DNA from: an uncultured Candidatus Saccharibacteria bacterium
GTDB lineage: Bacteria > Patescibacteriota > UBA1384 > XYA2-FULL-43-10 > 1-14-0-10-43-13
Direction of reading: 5' to 3'
NCBI GenBank assembly: GCA_964543385.1
Contig: CAZIYE010000001.1
Location: forward strand, 30,001 to 62,000
DNA: 32,000 nucleotides
This document shows positions 23,491 through 31,679 of the stretch, piece by piece (position 1 is the stretch's first letter; the number at the start of each line of letters is the position of its first letter). Under the pieces are notes generated by a model. The model had not been told where the DNA came from and ran no database searches. It saw only the letters and a program-made list of their open reading frames with translations. The position numbers were made by a program, and so were the translations under genes.

Positions 23491-24690
23491 CTACTCATAT
23501 TTTAATGCATCTAAAGGATTTAATTTAACTGCTCTTTTCGCAGGATACCATCCCGTTAAAAAGCCAACAACAATTGAAAAAAGTGCTACACATAAGGCAA
23601 AATTAAACGGAGTTACAAATAAATCAATTGGCTGAGCTGACGCTTTTATTGCAACATATTTTATTATAAAATTCAAACCTTGAGAAAAAAACACGCCAAA
23701 GAGCAAACCAATTATGCCGCCAAGCAGACCAATAAAAAGTGATTCTGTAACAAAAATTTTATAAACATCTTTGTTCCTCATACCAAGTGCCTTCATCAAC
23801 CCGACCTCCCTAATTCTTTCCATTAAACTGATCGTTAGTATATTGAATGTACCCAATGAAGCAACTATCAGAGCGATCATGCCAAATACGCCAAGAACAA
23901 CTCTGAAAAGTAAGAAAACCTCTGATACTTTATTCACGGTATCTCCGATATACTCAGTCTTAAGATTTAAAGTTTCTATAAATTGCCTAGACGAGGCAAT
24001 TTTATCTTTACTATTAACCTTTACCTTCATAGCAGAGTAGTTTACTATCCCCAAAAAGTCATTGTTTGAATCACTGATGTAAGCAGTGGGAATATTTTCG
24101 TTATCTGTTATGCCAACAACTTTGAAAGATAATTCCTTGAGACTAGACGGACCATCTTGGTTTTGCAATAAGTTAGAAGGGAGCACTAACTCAATATTAA
24201 TATCTTTATTTACGATATCCTGAGAATTCTCATTTATTAATCCCAAAACTGCTTTACTTAAGACTATTTCGCCGTTGTCTGTAGGAAATTTGCCTTTTGC
24301 TAGAATTCCACCAGAAACATTAAAATAATTTTGATTTGATGATATTACTAATGTTTCTGCAACCGATTTATTCTCCGAACCTTTGATCCTAGCTGGTATA
24401 TTTGCAATTGGCATTACTTCAATAACATTGGGAGCACTATCGATTGTGCCAGCCACCTCTTTATCTATTCTGTTTACTTTATAATTTTTTGTTGTTACAT
24501 CAATTGTTTTCAGGGCTTCAAAGTCGGAAACTAATTGATTCGTCACAAGTTTCTCTAAACCAAATCCAAAAGAAACAAGAAATATTATTGATGAAATACC
24601 AATCGAAACACCACCAACAGTTAAAATTGCCCTCATACGATGAGACCATAGGTTTTTGAATGCTATTTCTGATATTAGTGACTGTCTCAA
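23491..24690 (-). CDS. ABC transporter permease, MacB/FtsX family
   Basis: 399 aa. N-terminal FKNLWSHRMRAILTVGGVSIGISSIIFLV, a ~220-aa extracytoplasmic domain, and a C-terminal FtsX 3-TM bundle (MERIREVGLMKALGMRNKDV...YPAKRAVKLNPLDALKYE). Confidence 0.88.
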   Translation of the reverse strand: MRQSLISEIAFKNLWSHRMRAILTVGGVSIGISSIIFLVSFGFGLEKLVTNQLVSDFEALKTIDVTTKNYKVNRIDKEVAGTIDSAPNVIEVMPIANIPARIKGSENKSVAETLVISSNQNYFNVSGGILAKGKFPTDNGEIVLSKAVLGLINENSQDIVNKDINIELVLPSNLLQNQDGPSSLKELSFKVVGITDNENIPTAYISDSNNDFLGIVNYSAMKVKVNSKDKIASSRQFIETLNLKTEYIGDTVNKVSEVFLLFRVVLGVFGMIALIVASLGTFNILTISLMERIREVGLMKALGMRNKDVYKIFVTESLFIGLLGGIIGLLFGVFFSQGLNFIIKYVAIKASAQPIDLFVTPFNFALCVALFSIVVGFLTGWYPAKRAVKLNPLDALKYE

Positions 24691-25424
24691 AATACTCCTT
24701 GTAATTCTGTCCTTATTTCGTTCGCTACACCCTGTGCATCTGATGAAATAACCAGACCATCTTTAATAGCAACTTTTTTACTAGCCATGGGTAAATAAAT
24801 CAAATTATGAGTAACCATTATTATTGTTCTCTTTTCATTTACATTTAAATTTTGTAAAAGCTGCATAATTTGATCAGATGAGTGAGTATCCAAATTCCCT
24901 GTTGGCTCATCAGCAACAATAATTAATGGATTATTTACTAATGCGCGAGCCAATAAAGCTTTTTGCTGTTCACCGCCAGAGAGCTGAACAGGAGATTTGA
25001 GTGCGTAATCTTGCATACCGACCTCTTCTAGGCATGCCATAGCTCTTTTGAATGCTTTATCTTTGGCAAAACCTTCAACATAAAGAGGCATGGCAACATT
25101 CTCCAACACTGTCAGTGATTTAATCCAGTACCACATTTGATAGACAATTCCAAAATTTTTAGAACGAAAGATCGATCGTTCTTCGTCTGTTATAGTTGCA
25201 ATATTCTGTCCTTGTATGAAAATGTTTCCTTTTGTCGGTTTTTCCAGGCCTATAATATGATGCAACAGTGTTGATTTTCCAGAACCAGATGGACCATAAA
25301 TTATACATAGATCTGATTTATTTATTGTTAAATCGATACCTTTTAAGATTGGGTATTTGATATTACCATCTCGCGATTTATATGTTTTTTCTAAATTTTC
25401 AATTTTAATTAAAGTATTTTCCAC
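24687..25424 (-). CDS. ABC transporter ATP-binding protein (MacB/LolD/FtsE-like)
   Basis: Walker A GPSGSGKST, Q-loop VYQ, signature LSGGEQQK, Walker B IIVADEPTGNLD, H-loop VTHN. ATGA overlap with the permease gene. Confidence 0.93.
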   Translation of the reverse strand: MENTLIKIENLEKTYKSRDGNIKYPILKGIDLTINKSDLCIIYGPSGSGKSTLLHHIIGLEKPTKGNIFIQGQNIATITDEERSIFRSKNFGIVYQMWYWIKSLTVLENVAMPLYVEGFAKDKAFKRAMACLEEVGMQDYALKSPVQLSGGEQQKALLARALVNNPLIIVADEPTGNLDTHSSDQIMQLLQNLNVNEKRTIIMVTHNLIYLPMASKKVAIKDGLVISSDAQGVANEIRTELQGVF

Positions 25425-25431
25425 TTTTACC

Positions 25432-28400
25432 TTATTTTAAGAATCCAAACATCCATCCGAAAGTTTTTTGCAATGAATTTACGATTATACTAACTACTGA
25501 TTGTTGCGGGCTATTAGTGATGATGGTTGTGTCATCGCCATAAACAATATTATCACTGGCATCTTCAGAAACAGCTCTCAGATGATAAATTCTAGATGGA
25601 TCCAGTCCGGTTATCACTACGATATGGCTTTTAACTAACTCATTATCTTCTTTTGTTTTATAATTGTAATCAGCTCCAGAGATACCATCGGAATATTCAA
25701 CTTGAGAAGATGATGGTTCATCTGTTTCCCAAGAAACAACAAGCTCTGATTTGGTATTCTCGCTAGTTCCTGATTTTACTTCGTGGGAAAAATTAGTAAT
25801 TTTAGGAGCCCTTGTATCAAATGGTGTAGAATAATCCTGGACATCAGAAGTGCATTTATTACCAGAACCATCCATTCCCTCAATCTGAATTTCATAATTT
25901 ATATTATCTTCCAAGTCATTCAAGACAAGATCGTGGGCTTTTTTTAATTCTGCATCAGATTTGATTTGCCATTCCTCACTTCCTTTTATTCGATATCTAA
26001 CGATTGAAGTTGTATCTAAATTTGTCTCCCATACGGTTCTCACAGCGGCCTGAACCTCCTTTAAATAATCAAATTCGATACCAGAGATTTTAGGATAAGG
26101 TAGAGTTGTGAATGTTAGTGAAGTATAGTACGGCTGATTATCAGAAGATCTAGCCTCAATAATTAATTGATAATTTGTACCAGGGGTTAAATTCACAAGC
26201 CGCTCAGAAAATTTTGTAGCTTGACCATTAACAGTTTTAATCATTTCATAGTTCCCAACACCATATTTTAATGTTACTGTAGCGAGATCGCTAATCTCAA
26301 AATCAATAGTTGCGGTAAAGGGGCTGGTCGCTGTAACAGTTGGATTTTTAATTACCCTTGCCTGCATCGTTGTTGTTGAAAACCATTCACTTTCGCCATC
26401 ATTATTTGATGCATCTTTCCATACTAACTTATATTTATATTGTCTTTGTGGTTCCAACCCTATTAGAGATACAACGTGAACTTGTGTAAGTTCATTTTTT
26501 CCTTGCTGAGTTCCGTCATCAAGCTTAACATATGAAGTTGTCTGCTTGGAAGATACCCAGGAAACCTCTAAAGAAGTTGGCTCTCCTTTAACTGTTGGAC
26601 CAGTTAGAATACTTGCTGCGTCAGTAGTACAAAAAACTAATGTTTGCCAATCAGATACGTTGCCAACCTGATCCTTTGAGCGAACATAGAATACATTATC
26701 ACCATCTTGATAAGGAGTGATAGTTGCTGTGGTTTGCTCTGTAAAACTAATTTCCCCTTGAGCACCAAGTTTATAATCATAACCGACAACTGGTTTGGGT
26801 TGTCCTTCCTGGGTATCAGATGATTCTGGCCATGTCAAAGTAAAGGTTTTGGCGATTTGACAACCGGGCTTATCAATATTTACATATTCAATTTTGTTAG
26901 GGGCATTGTTATCATATTTATATTCAAAGAGAGTTACAGCTTCTGAATAATTCCGAGCTAAATCCCTTGTTCTTAATCTAAAATAATAAGTCTGATCGTT
27001 CACTAAAGTTCCATTATAAACAAAAGAGGTAGTAGCAGTGTAATTATTAGCAAAGAGAGGGTCACCACTTTGATCAGTGCCGAAATAGATTAGATATCCA
27101 TCGACACCACTCATATTATTAGATCGACTACATTCGCTACCAACAATTTGACCGTCAACAACTACATCCTGACATACTAAATTACCTTCACTATCAATAT
27201 CGTTAGAAGGCAACCACGAAAAACTCAATTGACTGTCGTTATACCAATTGCCACTAATAAGATCTTGACTATCGTTTGAAACAACTACACTTGATGGATT
27301 CTCGGGAGGAACAGTATCAGAATGATTTGTATAAAGTCGAAAGTTATCTATAGGTTGATTAATTGAATAACTTGGCATTATAGGATTAGAACCAACGTAA
27401 AAATAATACCCCAAATTTGTCAGATTCGACCATGGTGCAAATGTTTTATTCGCTATTTCATTACCGTCAATAAGTATTTTTACTTCTCCGGAAGAATTAT
27501 TGTAAGATACTTTTATCTTATGCCAATCACCGGCATTTAGAGATAAAGATGGTGTGTGTAAAACATAAGGTGTAGCGCCTGCTGAAATTGTAAACCTTAT
27601 CTGGTTTCGATTAGGTACTAATTCAACTGTCATGGGATTTGATCCGGAAGTTGTGAAAAGAGTTCTTTTTTGAGAACCATCAAATGGTGTCCAGTCAGAT
27701 AAATCCCACTTTGATTTTATGATACGACCTGATCCCTGATAGTCTACAATGTACATATCTCCGCTTGTTTCATCATAGACAACATCTCTCGCTGTTGAAA
27801 GACGACCAGGCGCTAAAAAAGGAACACTTGACGTTCCAAAGGTTGTCCAATCCGATCCGTCTATTTTAGTTTTTACTATTCTTGCATTTGAATTGTCAGC
27901 AATGTAGATATCCCCTGTAGCTTTGTCAAACTGGATTCCAGAGGGATAATAAAATTGTCCAATTCCGCTTCCATAGCTACCATATGTTGTCCAGCCTGTA
28001 CCATCCATTTTGGTCTTAACGATACGATGGTTACTGTAATCTGTTGCATAGATATAACCAGAGGTATTATCGTAATTAATACCCATTACCCCCTTAAACT
28101 GTCCCACGCCTGTCCCATAGCTACCATATGTTGTCCAGCCTGTACCATCCATTTTGGTCTTAACGATACGATGATTACTGTAATCTGCTACATACACAAA
28201 CTCACTTGCTTGATCATATTGAATATCATATGGATTGTTAAACCTTCCTATCCCTGTTCCGCTACTACCATATGTTGTCCAGCCTGTACCATCCATTTTG
28301 GTCTTAACGATTCTACTGTTTCCTCTATCAACTATATAAAGTAAATCAGTTGTCGAATCATACGATATGGATTGGGGATAAAGAAATTGATTAACACCAT

Positions 28401-29823
28401 TGCCCTGTGTGCCAAAAGTCGTCCAACCTGTGCCATCTATCTTGGTCTTAACGATACGATGATTGTAAGTGTCAGCGATAAATATATAATCACTCGCTTT
28501 ATCGTAAGCGATTGAACCAGCAGCGTAAAACATACCATCACCCCAGCCTGCTGTACCATATGTTGCCCAACCGGTACCACCCATCTGGGTTTTAACAATG
28601 CGGCTATTGCCATAATCAGCAATATAAAGGAAGCCAGTAGAAGAATCAAACTTTAGAGTACATGGATAAGAAAATTTACCTACACCAGAACCGTTACTAC
28701 CATATGTTGTCCAGCCCGTGCCGTCCATTTGAGTTTTAACTATACGATGATTACTGTAATCTGCGACAAAAACAGATCCGTCCAGAGAGTTATAGTAGAT
28801 ATCAGTCGGATAACTAAAGTTACCTATGCCAGCGCCCTCACTTCCGTAAGTCGTCCAACCTGTACCATCTATTTTAGTTTTAATGATCCGGTGAAGGCTA
28901 TAATCTGTATAATATATAAAATCGTTTTGACGGTCATAATTTATCCCATAGGCATTAGCCCTATAGGGATTATCAAGAGCAGATGAGCCAAGAACTGTCC
29001 AGCCTGTGCCATCAAATTTAGTTTTAACGATACGATAGTTGCTTGTATCAGCAATATAGAAAAAACCTGTTGTTGAGTCATAGTCGAAAGTTGATGGACT
29101 AGAAAATTTACCGATACCTGATGATCCTCCAACCCCAAATGTCGCCCAACCCGTACCATCCATCTTAGTTTTAACGATACGGTTATTGGATCTATCTGCA
29201 ACATAAACAAAATCTTCAACGGAATCATAATAAATACTGGTTGGATAGTAAAATTGGCCTTTTCCGCTACCAACGCTGCCAAGAACGGTCCAACCTGTAC
29301 CATCCATCTTAGTCCTAACTATACGATGATTATAGTAGTCAGCAGTATAAACAAAATCAGAAGCTACGTCATAGTAAATGCCCCTGTTATAATACAACTT
29401 ACCAACAGAATTATCTGTGCCATTAAAGTTATATGGCATTTTAAAATCCATTTCGATATCACCAACAGAGGTATCAAGATTATTAGCAAGCCTGTATTTA
29501 AGCGATTGACCGAAAGATACGTTGGCTGCACTACCGGAACCATCAACACCAGGAGAAGTTAACTCAGCTGGTTGCGAATCAAAATAAGCTGCATTATCAC
29601 CAACAGAATAACTACCATTAAGCGAGGCATCAAAATTAGAATAAAAAGCATCAGCGGCTCCAACATACTGAAATGCCATGCTATAGATTGAGATTATTAT
29701 TGCTAAGACGCATATTGTTAAAACTGAGAACCTAGACGTTCTATTCGTATATTTAACATTCTTAAAAAAATCTTTTTTTCGAAAGATTTTAGTATTTGAA
29801 AATGAAGAAAAAAACTTGAACAT
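25432..29823 (-). CDS. 1463-aa secreted/anchored giant protein: 12 NHL repeats, LamG-like lectin fold, multiple FN3-like domains
   Basis: N-terminal TM/signal segment (FSVLTICVLAIIISIYSMAF). Twelve ~48-aa repeats with the core Y.NHRIVKTKMDGTGWTTYGS.G.G.GQF..P (aa ~141-716). LamG-like GDWHKIKVSYNNSSGEVKILIDGNEI...IDNFRLY. At least six FN3-like modules toward the C-terminus (e.g. LEVSWVS...YKYKLVW, LVVSWETDEPSSSQVEY...YHLRAVS). Confidence 0.9.
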   Translation of the reverse strand: MFKFFSSFSNTKIFRKKDFFKNVKYTNRTSRFSVLTICVLAIIISIYSMAFQYVGAADAFYSNFDASLNGSYSVGDNAAYFDSQPAELTSPGVDGSGSAANVSFGQSLKYRLANNLDTSVGDIEMDFKMPYNFNGTDNSVGKLYYNRGIYYDVASDFVYTADYYNHRIVRTKMDGTGWTVLGSVGSGKGQFYYPTSIYYDSVEDFVYVADRSNNRIVKTKMDGTGWATFGVGGSSGIGKFSSPSTFDYDSTTGFFYIADTSNYRIVKTKFDGTGWTVLGSSALDNPYRANAYGINYDRQNDFIYYTDYSLHRIIKTKIDGTGWTTYGSEGAGIGNFSYPTDIYYNSLDGSVFVADYSNHRIVKTQMDGTGWTTYGSNGSGVGKFSYPCTLKFDSSTGFLYIADYGNSRIVKTQMGGTGWATYGTAGWGDGMFYAAGSIAYDKASDYIFIADTYNHRIVKTKIDGTGWTTFGTQGNGVNQFLYPQSISYDSTTDLLYIVDRGNSRIVKTKMDGTGWTTYGSSGTGIGRFNNPYDIQYDQASEFVYVADYSNHRIVKTKMDGTGWTTYGSYGTGVGQFKGVMGINYDNTSGYIYATDYSNHRIVKTKMDGTGWTTYGSYGSGIGQFYYPSGIQFDKATGDIYIADNSNARIVKTKIDGSDWTTFGTSSVPFLAPGRLSTARDVVYDETSGDMYIVDYQGSGRIIKSKWDLSDWTPFDGSQKRTLFTTSGSNPMTVELVPNRNQIRFTISAGATPYVLHTPSLSLNAGDWHKIKVSYNNSSGEVKILIDGNEIANKTFAPWSNLTNLGYYFYVGSNPIMPSYSINQPIDNFRLYTNHSDTVPPENPSSVVVSNDSQDLISGNWYNDSQLSFSWLPSNDIDSEGNLVCQDVVVDGQIVGSECSRSNNMSGVDGYLIYFGTDQSGDPLFANNYTATTSFVYNGTLVNDQTYYFRLRTRDLARNYSEAVTLFEYKYDNNAPNKIEYVNIDKPGCQIAKTFTLTWPESSDTQEGQPKPVVGYDYKLGAQGEISFTEQTTATITPYQDGDNVFYVRSKDQVGNVSDWQTLVFCTTDAASILTGPTVKGEPTSLEVSWVSSKQTTSYVKLDDGTQQGKNELTQVHVVSLIGLEPQRQYKYKLVWKDASNNDGESEWFSTTTMQARVIKNPTVTATSPFTATIDFEISDLATVTLKYGVGNYEMIKTVNGQATKFSERLVNLTPGTNYQLIIEARSSDNQPYYTSLTFTTLPYPKISGIEFDYLKEVQAAVRTVWETNLDTTSIVRYRIKGSEEWQIKSDAELKKAHDLVLNDLEDNINYEIQIEGMDGSGNKCTSDVQDYSTPFDTRAPKITNFSHEVKSGTSENTKSELVVSWETDEPSSSQVEYSDGISGADYNYKTKEDNELVKSHIVVITGLDPSRIYHLRAVSEDASDNIVYGDDTTIITNSPQQSVVSIIVNSLQKTFGWMFGFLK
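27676..29403 (-). repeat. 144-bp-period tandem coding repeats (NHL blades) with near-identical DNA tracts
   Basis: ACCATATGTTGTCCAGCCTGTACCATCCATTTTGGTCTTAACGA recurs exactly at 27979, 28123 and 28267 (period 144 bp). Diverged copies lie further along (e.g. ~28699). Confidence 0.8.
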
Positions 29824-29982
29824 ACCCTCCAGAAAATAAAACTATATTATATTCAGTATAATAATACAGAATATATTATTAAAAAACAAATCATTGAAGT
29901 TTTTATTGGGTTTTAAAATATCCTGTATTTCTTCTTACCCTGCCAAGCTCCACAACTAATATGGCACAGACAGACCGGCTGA

Positions 29983-30504
29983 ACTATTAAAGTTGGGTTT
30001 GCAATAATTATTATCCACCATAATGAATTCGCCAATACTGGTTTTACGACGATAAATGGGGACATCGGAACCTACCCGACTCTGTCCGAGACTGGATTTG
30101 ACTCTGTAACTCTGACCGGAACAAACAATGTGGGCAATGGCGTGACTCAGAGCGCCAAAGCAGATCTAATTACCGGGTACAATGCCGCTATTGCCAAGAC
30201 ACCCGTCACAACAGTAGCCACCGAGCTTGGTGGCACAACAAAGATTGCCGGGGTTTACGGCTCGGCATCAGGCACCTTTGGCATAACCGGCACCTTGATC
30301 CTTGATGCCCAAAACGATCCGGATTCATTATTTATTTTTAAAGCAGATTCAACATTGATCGCAGATGCTGATACAACAGATGTATTTAATTCGCATGACG
30401 GCAAAGTTCATCTCAATCTCATCACTTGCGGCGGGGCTTGGAATGAAGTTGCCAAAAGCCACTTCAAACGAATTGTGATATTTACTGATCAAGTTTTAGA
30501 CTAG
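29983..30504 (+). pseudogene. chimeric gene remnant: ice-binding-like (DUF3494) N-terminal part joined to a sortase C-terminal fragment
   Basis: The frame is open from 29983 with no ATG or signal peptide and an upstream in-frame TGA. It reads FAIIIIHHNEFANTGFTTINGDIGTYP...AKADLITGYNAAIAK...ELGGTTKIAGVYGSASGTFGITGTLILDAQNDPDSLFIFKADSTL (DUF3494 pattern), then switches to HDGKVHLNLITCGGAWNEVAKSHFKRIVIFTDQV (sortase TLxTC-type end). GC-richer than the surroundings. Confidence 0.55.
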
Positions 30505-30590
30505 CCTACTCGCTTTATCTTTAATAATTAGTTTTGTGTTGTTGGATATTTATTGAACATATATTTCTTAATGCGAATCTACTGTTGTCC

Positions 30591-30802
30591 ATTAAAATAT
30601 ATCTTTTAGCCATAGTTATGTCGGTTGATGGCAAAACCACAAAATGGAATGAGTCAGATATACAATCATGGAGTTCCAAAAAGGACCAAGGATTTTTGGG
30701 CTTGGTAAAAATTTGTTAGAGAATATAAAACTTAATCTTATAAAGATTTTTGAACTCAATAAACAGGGAACTTTACTGTCAAAATATAGTATTGATAAAT
30801 GA
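30591..30802 (+). pseudogene. collapsed RibD_C/dihydrofolate-reductase-like gene (N- and C-terminal pieces only, frameshifted)
   Basis: IKIYLLAIVMSVDGKTTKWNESDIQSWSSKKDQGFLGL matches the family N-terminus (..iA.S.DGk......W.s..d...f). After a stop and frame change, ENIKLNLIKIFELNKQGTLLSKYSIDK resembles the family C-terminus. The middle ~100 aa are absent and there is no ATG. Confidence 0.4.
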
Positions 30803-30806
30803 GCGA

Positions 30807-30815
30807 GGGGGGGGG
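30807..30815. repeat. G9 homopolymer at the left edge of the GC-rich micro-island
   Basis: Nine consecutive G, read directly. The composition switch occurs here. Confidence 0.9.
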
Positions 30816-30824
30816 ATCGAACGG

Positions 30825-31118
30825 CTAAGCCGGACGACCCCGCGGGCGAGGATAAGTGAGATCGCGCAAGTTAGGCGGTAGCCTATCAACAACTTCGCTA
30901 GAAGTCTTGATCAGCTCTTCAGCCCGATGGACAGCATCGCGAAAGACTGCTTCATCGAATGACTTGTACTTACTTAGAAGTAAGTAACATCCGAAATCAT
31001 CAGTCGATTCAGTCAGTAGCCAGTTGCGCAGTAGATGCGCAATGTACTTCGCTCGCAGAGTCTGTTGACTCTGGTAAAAACGAAGGAATGTTATTACTGC
31101 CCCCTCATGCGCTGTCAT
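30825..31118 (-). CDS. 97-aa hypothetical protein (island gene 2)
   Basis: AAGGAG lies 10 nt before the internal ATG at 31118 (MTAHEGAVITFLRFYQ...). The longer track ORF (to 31208) would overlap the upstream membrane ORF. Helical, no family recognised. Confidence 0.5.
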   Translation of the reverse strand: MTAHEGAVITFLRFYQSQQTLRAKYIAHLLRNWLLTESTDDFGCYLLLSKYKSFDEAVFRDAVHRAEELIKTSSEVVDRLPPNLRDLTYPRPRGRPA

Positions 31119-31275
31119 ATCGCTCGATCTCCTTATGCCAGATAACACAGATGCCGACGAATCCGACGGCAATAGCGATGTTGAACGCCCATTCTGGTGC
31201 TTTAGCATCTGCGCAGATCAACAGCGCTGCGAATGCTATCAATAGAATGGCGATCGTTGCGAGTATTTTGAACAT
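31105..31275 (-). CDS. 56-aa two-TM membrane peptide (island gene 1)
   Basis: GGAGGTG lies 7 nt before the ATG at 31275. MFKILATIAILLIAFAALLICADAKAPEWAFNIAIAVGFVGICVIWHKEIERYDSA has two hydrophobic spans. 14-nt overlap with the next ORF. Confidence 0.5.
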   Translation of the reverse strand: MFKILATIAILLIAFAALLICADAKAPEWAFNIAIAVGFVGICVIWHKEIERYDSA

Positions 31276-31297
31276 TTTCTCGCACCTCCATATTTTG

Positions 31298-31326
31298 ATT
31301 ATATCATAATTAGTTATTTTTGTCCA
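31298..31326 (-). promoter_or_regulatory. near-consensus promoter (extended -10) for the minus-strand two-gene cassette
   Basis: Minus strand reads TGGACA, 17 nt, then TATAAT preceded by TGa (TGnTATAAT). Confidence 0.5.
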
Positions 31327-31339
31327 TAAAAACCTTGTA

Positions 31340-31368
31340 TTGACTAAAAACATTAGTAGTAGTATAAT
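31340..31368 (+). promoter_or_regulatory. near-consensus divergent promoter
   Basis: TTGACT (31340-31345), 17 nt, TATAAT (31363-31368). The TTG start of track ORF 31340..31630 is actually this -35 box. Confidence 0.55.
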
Positions 31369-31423
31369 ATGTAATAAGAATAGACCCCCGTCTTTTCTAG
31401 AAACCCCATTGGAGGCAACCCCC

Positions 31424-31630
31424 ATGGAAAAAGTGCGCACTAACAGCACAACATCACAGTCTGGGACGCCAACCGTCCCTAAGACGCACAAAAGACAGAC
31501 GTTATCGTCGGGACTAAACGTCGAGGCAGTTTTCGCTATGCTGCACAAGCAGAATAGCGTCACGCCTGATGTCTGTCTCAGCCGGCGCTCCGGCACCCCC
31601 AGCAGCTTAATTGTTAGCCGCCTGAGGTAA
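31424..31630 (+). CDS. 68-aa basic Ser/Thr-rich hypothetical protein (island gene 3) or non-coding transcript
   Basis: GGAGG at 31411-31415 is 8 nt before the ATG at 31424, about 50 nt downstream of the consensus promoter. The sequence is low-complexity, so coding status is uncertain. Confidence 0.35.
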   Translation: MEKVRTNSTTSQSGTPTVPKTHKRQTLSSGLNVEAVFAMLHKQNSVTPDVCLSRRSGTPSSLIVSRLR

Positions 31631-31637
31631 AAACGCC

Positions 31638-31674
31638 GTTCCGGTTGCCTGACCATGTGTCAGGCAACCGGAAC
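31638..31674. terminator. 16-bp perfect GC-rich hairpin at the right edge of the island, likely terminator for elp3 (-) and possibly the + transcript
   Basis: GTTCCGGTTGCCTGAC (31638-31653) / GTCAGGCAACCGGAAC (31659-31674), 5-nt loop. On the minus strand it is followed by GGCGTTTTT. Confidence 0.6.
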
Positions 31675-31679
31675 ATCCC

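Noticed and set aside
27955-29562. Repetitive plus-strand ORFs (e.g. the 129-aa ORF with recurring CCPACTIHFGLNDTM) and the regular 144-bp repeats, considered as a possible CRISPR-like or independent repeat protein.
   Set aside because: These are antisense translations of the NHL blades of the giant gene. The repeats are coding, contiguous and lack unique spacers, so this is not a CRISPR array.
29980-29982. In-frame TGA upstream of the ice-binding-like fragment as evidence for UGA recoding (genetic code 25 or 4).
   Set aside because: TGA terminates rbfA (5379-5381) and the adk-like frame (49-51) at natural gene ends. All long conserved genes are intact under the standard code.
30825-31656. 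Long forms of the island ORFs: 127-aa (30825..31208-), 183-aa (31105..31656-), 116-aa (30959..31309+) and the TTG-started 96-aa (31340..31630+).
   Set aside because: The extended versions run through the AT-rich promoter region or overlap each other. Internal ATGs with proper SD spacing give compact non-conflicting genes. The TTG at 31340 is the -35 box, and 30959..31309+ is antisense to both minus-strand ORFs.
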